The notes under the pieces were generated by a model. That model did no database searches. It was not told where the DNA came from and saw nothing but the letters and a program-made list of their open reading frames with translations. Shown here piece by piece: positions 31,805-38,587 of a stretch of DNA of 38,587 bases. Each line of letters starts with the position of its first letter. Within the stretch, counting starts at the first letter, position 1. This DNA comes from Erysipelotrichaceae bacterium. Lineage in GTDB: Bacteria > Bacillota_I > Bacilli_A > Erysipelotrichales > Erysipelotrichaceae. The stretch is from the NCBI GenBank assembly GCA_044432885.1, contig JAWXUG010000002.1:1-38587 (forward strand), in the 5' to 3' direction. The position numbers and the translations under genes were made by a program.

Positions 31805-32983
31805 ATGAAAGAGAAGCTACATAGATACATTATAGGTGTTTCAGGAGGGCCAGATTCAATGGCTCTTTTAGACTATATGAGAAATGCGTGTGAGGTTGTA
31901 GCTGTCCATGTCAATTATCATAAAAGAGAAAGTGCAATGCGAGATCAAAGAATCGTTGAAACTTATTGTAAAAAATATGATATTCAATGTTTTATATTCG
32001 ATTATGTAGAGGATAAAAAGGGAAATTTTCAGGATTCAGCTAGAGTATTTCGCTATGAAAAATTCAAAGAGGTCTATGATTTGATGAAGGCTGATGGAAT
32101 CATGACGGCCCATCATCAAGATGATGTGATTGAAACCTATTTAATGCAACTAAAACGAGGAAGTACGCCTAGTTATTGGGGGATAAGAGAAAAGCAACAA
32201 TGGAAAGAGTATTGGATTATTCGCCCTTTATTAGATAAAACGAAAAGTGAATTAGTTGAGTATTTAAATAAAAATAAAATTGATTACGGTATTGATGAGT
32301 CCAATCTTCAAGATAATTACCAAAGAAATCAAATAAGGCATCAAGTTGTGGAAAAGTTGGACGATAAACAACGTCAAAAGTACATAGATGAAATAAAGGA
32401 TAAAAACTTAAATAATAAAATGGCGGAAGATGAACTTAGTCAATTGATTTATCAGCAAAAAATAAAAGAAGAAGATTTAAGAAATTCAAAACATCCAACA
32501 AGTTTATTGCGCTTGTTGATGGGAATTGAGATTAGTGAAACCTACTTAATTGAATTAGTTAGACAATTGATGCAGTGTAAACAGCTTAAGTTGGAAATTG
32601 ATGAGTACTGGTTATTAAAAGAGGAGGGGTGGATTAGATTTATTGAAAAACCTAAATCCTATACATATGAAATTAAGGAACATCATTTAATACAAACTCC
32701 TTATTTTAAAGTAGTAGAGAAGGCAGATTCATTTAGCTGTGCAACGGTAAGTGAAGATGACTTTCCACTAACTATACGCAACGTTCAAAAGGGTGATTGC
32801 ATCAAAATGAAATATGGTACGAAACGTATTTCTCGCTGGTTTATTGACCATAAAATAGGCTTATATGAGCGTGAGATATGGCCAATTGTGCTGAATAGAC
32901 ATGAAGAAGTCGTTTTAGTGCCTAAAATAGGGTGTAGTTTAAAACATTATTCTAACAATCCTAATCTATTTGTGATAAAATAA
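31805..32983 (+). CDS. tilS: tRNA(Ile)-lysidine synthase
   Basis: PP-loop motif GVSGGPDSMAL. It sits in the conserved tilS-hpt-ftsH order. Confidence 0.85.
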   Translation: MKEKLHRYIIGVSGGPDSMALLDYMRNACEVVAVHVNYHKRESAMRDQRIVETYCKKYDIQCFIFDYVEDKKGNFQDSARVFRYEKFKEVYDLMKADGIMTAHHQDDVIETYLMQLKRGSTPSYWGIREKQQWKEYWIIRPLLDKTKSELVEYLNKNKIDYGIDESNLQDNYQRNQIRHQVVEKLDDKQRQKYIDEIKDKNLNNKMAEDELSQLIYQQKIKEEDLRNSKHPTSLLRLLMGIEISETYLIELVRQLMQCKQLKLEIDEYWLLKEEGWIRFIEKPKSYTYEIKEHHLIQTPYFKVVEKADSFSCATVSEDDFPLTIRNVQKGDCIKMKYGTKRISRWFIDHKIGLYEREIWPIVLNRHEEVVLVPKIGCSLKHYSNNPNLFVIK

Positions 32984-33006
32984 TTGATATCTGTGGAGGA
33001 AAAAAG

Positions 33007-33543
33007 ATGGATCAAAGAGTTAAAGAAATCTTAATTGATGAGCAACAAATTACAGAAAAATGTAAGGAATTAGGGGCGAAAATCTCTGAAGATTATAAAG
33101 ATGTACAGCCGCCATTATTTGTGGCATTATTAAAAGGGTCAGTTCCGTTTTTGGCTGATTTAATCAAATATGTTACAATTGATATAGAATATGATTTTAT
33201 GGATGTTTCAAGTTATGCAGGCACAAAATCAACCGGGGATATTCGCATTATCAAGGATTTAGATCGTTCAATAGAAGGCTTAGATATCGTTTTAGTAGAA
33301 GATATCGTTGATACTGGAAGAACCCTTGTGAATGTTAAAGAATTATTGAAAAATAAAGGGGCTAAAAGTATCAAAGTAGTTTCTTTGTTAGATAAACCGT
33401 CTAGAAGAGAAGTAGAAGTAGAAGCTGAATATATTGGTTTTGTCATTCCAGATGCTTTTGTAATTGGTTATGGATTAGACTTTGATCAAAAATTTAGAAA
33501 TCTTCCTTATGTAGGCATTATGAAAGAAGAATATTATCAATAG
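33007..33543 (+). CDS. hpt: hypoxanthine-guanine phosphoribosyltransferase
   Basis: PRPP-binding motif IVLVEDIVDTGRTL. 178 aa. Confidence 0.95.
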   Translation: MDQRVKEILIDEQQITEKCKELGAKISEDYKDVQPPLFVALLKGSVPFLADLIKYVTIDIEYDFMDVSSYAGTKSTGDIRIIKDLDRSIEGLDIVLVEDIVDTGRTLVNVKELLKNKGAKSIKVVSLLDKPSRREVEVEAEYIGFVIPDAFVIGYGLDFDQKFRNLPYVGIMKEEYYQ

Positions 33544-33554
33544 GAGGTAAGTTC

Positions 33555-35456
33555 ATGAATAAAGGCAATAATAGATATTTAAATTATATTCCTTTCTTTA
33601 TTCTAATGATGGCAATCATGAGTATGTCAATGTTTGGAGAGAGTAGTTATAACCAAGCATTAACTTATACTCAATTGCAAGAGTTTTTAAAAGAAGGTAA
33701 TGTAGAAACTGTAAGTCTATCTGTAGACTATACAGTAATTAATGTTTCAGGTATTTATGTAGAGGATGAAGTTGAAGGTACTTTCAGCGCTACGATTCCA
33801 AATACAGAAGCTGAACTAGAAAAATTAATGGCAACTATTGAAGAAGCGGATATTGTGATTGTGGATGCCAATGAATCTAACTTTTGGGTAGAATTAATCG
33901 CATCAATCCTTCCATTTATTTTACTTGGAGGAGTAGCGATTTACTTCTTAAGTAAAAGTGGTGGTGGCGCTAATAATAAAGCGTTTGAATTTTCTAAATC
34001 ACGTGCAAGAATTGAAGGCGATATTAAAGTTCGTTTTAGTGATGTAGCAGGTTGTGATGAAGAAAAAGAAGAAATGCAGGAGTTAATTGACTACTTAAAA
34101 CATCCTCGTAAGTTCTCTAAAATGGGAGCAAGAATTCCTAAGGGAATTTTAATGGTAGGTTCTCCAGGTACTGGGAAAACCTTATTAGCTAAAGCGGTAG
34201 CAGGTGAAGCGGATGTTCCATTCTACTCTATTTCCGGAAGTGATTTCGTAGAAATGTTTGTAGGGGTTGGAGCAAGTCGTGTACGTGATATGTTTAAAAA
34301 AGCGAAACAAACCTCACCATGTATGATTTTTATTGATGAAATTGATGCGGTAGGAAGACAACGTGGCGCTGGAATGGGTGGCGGACATGATGAACGAGAA
34401 CAAACCTTAAACCAAATGTTAGTTGAGATGGATGGGATTAATGATAATGCAGGTATTGTAATTATTGCAGCTACCAATAGACCAGATGTACTGGATCCAG
34501 CATTACTTCGTCCAGGACGTTTTGACAGACAAATTACAGTTGCACTACCAGATAGAAAAGGTAGAAAAGAAATTTTAATGGTTCACGCAAGAAATAAAAT
34601 CTTAAGTCCTGAAATCGATTTAGATGCATTAGCAAAAAGAACACCAGGATTCAGTGGTGCTGATCTTGAAAACGTTTTAAATGAGGCTAGTATTCTTGCA
34701 GTGCGTGAAAACGCACCTGCTGTAACGATGGATCATCTTGATGAAGCGATTGACCGTGTTATGATGGGACCTGCTAAGAAGAGTCGTAAATATGATGAAA
34801 AATCTAAAAAGCTTGTTGCCTATCATGAGGCAGGGCATGCAGTCATTGGATTATTCTTAGACGATGCAACGATGGTACAAAAAGTAACGATTATTCCACG
34901 TGGTCAAGCTGGTGGATATAACTTGATGACAGAAAAAGAAGAAAAAATCATGCACACTAAAAAGGATTTAATGAGTACCATTACTTCTTATATGGGTGGG
35001 CGCACAGCGGAAGAAATTTTCTTTGATGATATTTCAACAGGGGCATCAGGAGATATTGATTCTGCCACAAGAATCGCTCGCGATATGGTTACTCTGTATG
35101 GTATGAGTGATCTTGGTCCTGTTAAATATGAAAGTGGAAGTCAAAATGTTTTCTTAGGAAGAGATTACAATTCTGCTTCTAATGTATCTGGACAAATTGC
35201 CTTTGAAATTGATCAAGAAGTTCGAAAGATAGTGGATAATGCCCATAATAAAGCAAAAGAAATTATCACAGCACATAAAACAGAACTTATTCGAATTGCT
35301 GAAGCTTTAATGGAAAATGAAACATTAACTTCTGAACAAATTGAAAAAGTTGTACAGGGATTACCTTATAAAGAAGAAGTAGAACCTGTAAAAGTGGTTG
35401 AAGAAGTTGTGGTTGAACAAATTCCAGAAGAAATCGAAGAAGACGAAAAAATTTAA
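33555..35456 (+). CDS. ftsH: ATP-dependent zinc metalloprotease FtsH
   Basis: Walker A GSPGTGKT, Walker [12 protein letters not shown] motif [19 protein letters not shown] and Zn site HEAGHA. Confidence 0.97.
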   Translation: MNKGNNRYLNYIPFFILMMAIMSMSMFGESSYNQALTYTQLQEFLKEGNVETVSLSVDYTVINVSGIYVEDEVEGTFSATIPNTEAELEKLMATIEEADIVIVDANESNFWVELIASILPFILLGGVAIYFLSKSGGGANNKAFEFSKSRARIEGDIKVRFSDVAGCDEEKEEMQELIDYLKHPRKFSKMGARIPKGILMVGSPGTGKTLLAKAVAGEADVPFYSISGSDFVEMFVGVGASRVRDMFKKAKQTSPCMIFIDEIDAVGRQRGAGMGGGHDEREQTLNQMLVEMDGINDNAGIVIIAATNRPDVLDPALLRPGRFDRQITVALPDRKGRKEILMVHARNKILSPEIDLDALAKRTPGFSGADLENVLNEASILAVRENAPAVTMDHLDEAIDRVMMGPAKKSRKYDEKSKKLVAYHEAGHAVIGLFLDDATMVQKVTIIPRGQAGGYNLMTEKEEKIMHTKKDLMSTITSYMGGRTAEEIFFDDISTGASGDIDSATRIARDMVTLYGMSDLGPVKYESGSQNVFLGRDYNSASNVSGQIAFEIDQEVRKIVDNAHNKAKEIITAHKTELIRIAEALMENETLTSEQIEKVVQGLPYKEEVEPVKVVEEVVVEQIPEEIEEDEKI

Positions 35457-35465
35457 ATAAAATAT

Positions 35466-35496
35466 AAGGTATTAGGCTCATAAAGTCTAATACCTT
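35466..35496. terminator. bidirectional terminator between ftsH and the convergent MATE gene
   Basis: A perfect 10-bp stem, AAGGTATTAG-gctcataaagt-CTAATACCTT, flanked by A/T runs. Confidence 0.8.
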
Positions 35497-36903
35497 TTAT
35501 ATTTTAATAGAAGTCCACTTGCCACTTGAAAACCTTTGGTACCCTAATACAGCTCTTGTAGCTTGATCTAACCACATTGCCATCCAGGCTCCATTCAGTC
35601 CAAGACCGAGTTTAGTGCAAAAGATGAAAGCACTTAAGGGTCGTAATATGGCAACACACATCATACTAGAAAAGGCTACAAATTTTGTGTCCCCAGCACC
35701 TCGTAGAGCACCATTCATTACAATCCTAGAAGTTTGAAAGTGGGTAGTACACGCCATGATAATCATGACCATACTAGCCATAGATAGAACTTCACTACTA
35801 TTGTCATAAAGCGCTACTAATCGAGTGCCTGCAAATAAGAATATAAGAGAGAGTAGTGAGGAGATACAAAAGGCAACTCGTTGACCAGTTTTGCCATAAA
35901 CTTCAGCTTCATCGATACGTTTCTTTCCCAGAGATTGGCCAACTAACGCCGAAGTAGCAACAGAAATACCATCTCCAAAAGCAAAAGATATTTCTTGTAT
36001 GGAACTACATGCTTGATGGGTTGCGAAAGCAGTTGAACCAAAATCAGCGACAATACGCATAAACATGAAAATCCCAATTCGTAAGCACATTTGCTCAATC
36101 AATGCAGAACTACTTATTTTATTAATTGAAGATAAGGTTTGTAAATCAAAATGAAAACCAACTTTATGATAAATAGATAAAAATCCATCATAGCTAAATA
36201 ATGAAAAAATAGACATGAAGCAACCAACACTACTTCCTATTAACGTAGCAATTCCTGCTCCTTGAATACCGAGGGTTGGGAAAACCCATATTCCGTTAAT
36301 CAAAAGGAAATTTAAAATTACATTGACAATATTTGCTGCCAAATTTGTTCTTAAAGATATTTTAGTGCGTCCTGCCCCTCGTTGCGCAGCATTGATAGTT
36401 AAAGAGACACTAGTGAAAGGGATGCTTAACATTAATGGTTGAAAATAGGTAATAGCCAAATCGATATATTCAGCATCTGCACCAGCGAATGTAAGGACTT
36501 TATCAGCGAAGATAAAAGCTAAACTAGACATCGTTATGGCAATCATGATATTGAGCATAATAGCTTGACGAAGACATTTATTAGCTTTAATTTGATCATT
36601 TTCACCAAAACGTCTAGCAACAATCGTTGCAACCCCTACATTTAATGAACTGATTAAAGCTAGTACAATCAATCGTGGTTGATTGGTAATTCCAACAGCT
36701 GCAATCGCAAGGGTACCTAGGGTTCCCACCATCATTAAATCGACAGCACTGATTAAAAAGATAAGCACCGATTCTAATGCACTTGGCCATGCGATTTTAA
36801 AGAGTTGATGATAATAGCTAAAGGTATCTTTTAAATGGCTAGAATCTTGTTTTGAAGAAAGCATGTAATCCACAGAAAAAAATCTAATAATATAATTTTT
36901 CAT
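35497..36903 (-). CDS. MATE-family efflux transporter (third paralog)
   Basis: A 12-TM profile, with LFKIAWPSALESVLIFLISAVDLMMVG. Confidence 0.8.
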   Translation of the reverse strand: MKNYIIRFFSVDYMLSSKQDSSHLKDTFSYYHQLFKIAWPSALESVLIFLISAVDLMMVGTLGTLAIAAVGITNQPRLIVLALISSLNVGVATIVARRFGENDQIKANKCLRQAIMLNIMIAITMSSLAFIFADKVLTFAGADAEYIDLAITYFQPLMLSIPFTSVSLTINAAQRGAGRTKISLRTNLAANIVNVILNFLLINGIWVFPTLGIQGAGIATLIGSSVGCFMSIFSLFSYDGFLSIYHKVGFHFDLQTLSSINKISSSALIEQMCLRIGIFMFMRIVADFGSTAFATHQACSSIQEISFAFGDGISVATSALVGQSLGKKRIDEAEVYGKTGQRVAFCISSLLSLIFLFAGTRLVALYDNSSEVLSMASMVMIIMACTTHFQTSRIVMNGALRGAGDTKFVAFSSMMCVAILRPLSAFIFCTKLGLGLNGAWMAMWLDQATRAVLGYQRFSSGKWTSIKI

Positions 36904-37132
36904 CTTTCCCCCTAATCTCTTGTAAAATACATAAACATTTTATACATGGTAGCACAGTTTTATAAGAGGTTCAACAAGCTTAAAATAAATCCTTTGAAAA
37001 GAGCGCATTTATGCTATATTCATTGGTGTAAATGCTAAAGAACGCATTCGTTGTATTTAAATTTTTGAAGTGCTAGAATGCAAATTATAAATATGAACCT
37101 TATATTTATATAAAGAAATTGAGCTGGAGGAA

Positions 37133-37630
37133 ATGATGAAAATCACAAAGCAAATTTATAAAATACTTTCTGTAATAATCTCATGTTTATTAGTTGTGTT
37201 TGCATTATTATTGGTAGGTGTAAGACTATTTGGATTTACTCCTTACACCATTCTTTCAGCTAGTATGGAACCAAAATATCCAGTAGGATCACTCATTTAT
37301 ATTAGACCAATTGAAAAAGAAAATATTGTAGTGACTGATGATATTACTTATGTCTTTGATGAACAATTAAATGTTGTGACTCATCAAGTGATAGAAATCA
37401 GTGATGATGGTGAGTATTTCTTTACGCAAGGATTAGCGAATCAATCGCCCGATACAAACCCAGTATATTATGAAAATATTTTGGGGAAAGTTTATTTTTG
37501 TATTCCATTATTAGGATATGTTGCTTCTTTTTTATCTAGTCCTTTAGGATTGATAATATCCATCCTATTAATATTGATATGGTGTGTTCTGATTTATATG
37601 GTTGAACTGTATAGAAAAAATAAGAACTAA
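37133..37630 (+). CDS. sipW: signal peptidase I, SipW/archaeal-eukaryotic type (S26B)
   Basis: An N-terminal TM segment is followed by the ILSASMEP catalytic Ser motif, then VTHQV, and a C-terminal TM segment. ATG 37136 has better spacing from GGAGG than ATG 37133. Confidence 0.75.
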   Translation: MMKITKQIYKILSVIISCLLVVFALLLVGVRLFGFTPYTILSASMEPKYPVGSLIYIRPIEKENIVVTDDITYVFDEQLNVVTHQVIEISDDGEYFFTQGLANQSPDTNPVYYENILGKVYFCIPLLGYVASFLSSPLGLIISILLILIWCVLIYMVELYRKNKN

Positions 37631-37698
37631 ATTATTTTTTGAATAGGTTTTAAGTGGGTTTCTTCACACATTAAATAAATTTAAAGAGAGGTAAGAAA

Positions 37699-38301
37699 AT
37701 GAAAAACAAATTTTTAAAACCAGCACTAGCTTTAGTTCTACTAACAACAATGACAGTAGGTGGATCACTCGCCTATATCAATGCCCAAACAGATGAGATT
37801 GAAAATAAATTTGTTTATGCACATGTAGGTGATGGCGACGATACTTTAGCTATCGAACTTGATGAAACCTTCACTTTAGGTGGAGATGATGTATCAGAAA
37901 TGGAAGATGGAATTGCTAAATTTTTACCAGGAGATGAGATTGTGAAAAGTCCTGTTGTCACTGTAACAGCCAATGCATTAGAGGATGGTGCGTACGTATT
38001 TATTGAAATAAAAGGGGATGGAGCTGATAATATCGTAGCCCTTGGATTCACAGTAGATACAGATGTATGGACAGCGGTTTCTGATACCACTAATGTTTAC
38101 TATACAGTAGTAGACAAGATTACAGATAGCCAACTACTTAACTTTGATGTCTTCTCAACAGATACAATTACGATTCCAACCGACTTTAGCGACTCTACAT
38201 TTGATGAAGTACAAACATTAACAGTAGATGCCTATGCCATTCAAAAAGCAAACTTAGATAGCGCTGAAGATGCATGGCTTGCATTAAATCCAAGTGTTTA
38301 A
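37699..38301 (+). CDS. secreted protein with a SipW-dependent-type signal peptide (TasA/camelysin/CPF_0494-like)
   Basis: The signal region is KPALALVLLTTMTVGGSLAYINAQTDE. The mature part is acidic and beta-rich, ending ...VDAYAIQKANLDSAEDAW. Confidence 0.65.
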   Translation: MKNKFLKPALALVLLTTMTVGGSLAYINAQTDEIENKFVYAHVGDGDDTLAIELDETFTLGGDDVSEMEDGIAKFLPGDEIVKSPVVTVTANALEDGAYVFIEIKGDGADNIVALGFTVDTDVWTAVSDTTNVYYTVVDKITDSQLLNFDVFSTDTITIPTDFSDSTFDEVQTLTVDAYAIQKANLDSAEDAWLALNPSV

Positions 38302-38400
38302 AATAAGATTAAAATTTCCTATACATAAATTAACCTAAATTAAATAAAGATAATCCCTTAAAACAAATAGCCTAAACAATATAAATACTATAAATGACTT

Positions 38401-38429
38401 GATGAATTCACTTATTAAGTGAATTCATC
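38401..38429. terminator. perfect 13-bp inverted repeat (terminator or operator)
   Basis: GATGAATTCACTT-att-AAGTGAATTCATC. A T-rich tract follows about 15 nt later. Confidence 0.45.
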
Positions 38430-38477
38430 TTCTATGTAAGTTTTATTTTAGATGATACACATAGCAAGGAGTCTTAT

Positions 38478-38587
38478 ATGAAAAAGAAAATACCCTTCAT
38501 TTTAATCATAATCATCGTAAGTTTAGTAGGTTATCAAAGTCTAGCCTATTACACAACGAATACCACATCAAAAATATCATTACAACA
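38478..38587 (+). CDS. second SipW-type signal-peptide protein, 5' fragment truncated by the window end
   Basis: An AAGGAG SD lies 6 nt before the ATG. The fragment reads MKKKIPFILIIIIVSLVGYQSLAYYTTNTT, with the same G-x-x-x-LAY motif as the preceding gene. Confidence 0.55.
   Translation, partial: MKKKIPFILIIIIVSLVGYQSLAYYTTNTTSKISLQ

Noticed and set aside
27361-38090. Shadow ORFs 27361..27609-, 29683..29946-, 33213..33446-, 34223..34477-, 35287..35481- and 37815..38090-
   Set aside because: All are antisense to hipT, MATE, hpt, ftsH and the TasA-like gene respectively, with no independent signals.
1-38587. CRISPR arrays, rRNA, tRNA and prophage structural genes
   Set aside because: I found no regularly spaced direct repeats, no tRNA-like cloverleaf candidates in the intergenic regions I read, and no phage or integrase genes other than the IS607 recombinase.

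Overview
This is a low-GC (about one third G+C by eye) Bacillota-like chromosomal segment. The codon usage and gene content fit an anaerobic gut Erysipelotrichia- or Clostridia-type organism, but that taxonomic guess is inference only. Reading left to right, the window starts with an XRE regulator convergent with an RlmA-like rRNA methyltransferase. Next is an IS607-family insertion carrying a serine-recombinase TnpA and a full-length TnpB. Housekeeping genes follow: a PH-domain membrane protein, an ABC-F ATPase and a cyclophilin. After these comes a flavin-reductase and Opu-transporter island: a cytoplasmic FAD reductase, an OpuCA-like ATPase with CBS domains, a fused permease/binding protein, a lipoprotein FMN-bind+FAD reductase and a TetR regulator. 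A well-formed guanine-class purine riboswitch then precedes an AzgA/PbuG-type purine permease that is broken by two 1-nt frameshifts. The largest block is an 11-kb, 13-gene, translationally coupled [FeFe]-hydrogenase operon. It pairs HydABC(D) structural genes with a HydS-type sensory hydrogenase and a PP2C phosphatase. It also carries a second PAS-less HydS-like protein, two DRTGG proteins, two GHKL/anti-sigma-like ATPases and a PHP phosphoesterase. Downstream is a tripartite HipB-HipS-HipT-like toxin-antitoxin cassette with palindromic operators. The window ends with three MATE efflux paralogs around the conserved ychF-tilS-hpt-ftsH block, then a SipW-type signal peptidase with TasA/CPF_0494-like substrates. 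I found no rRNA, tRNA or CRISPR array. The most interesting items are the phospho-signalling module embedded in the hydrogenase operon, including a TSCSP variant of the H-cluster L1 motif in the presumed catalytic HydA. Also notable are the HipBST-like cassette, the paired cytoplasmic/extracellular flavin reductases around a betaine-type importer, and the apparently intact TnpB.
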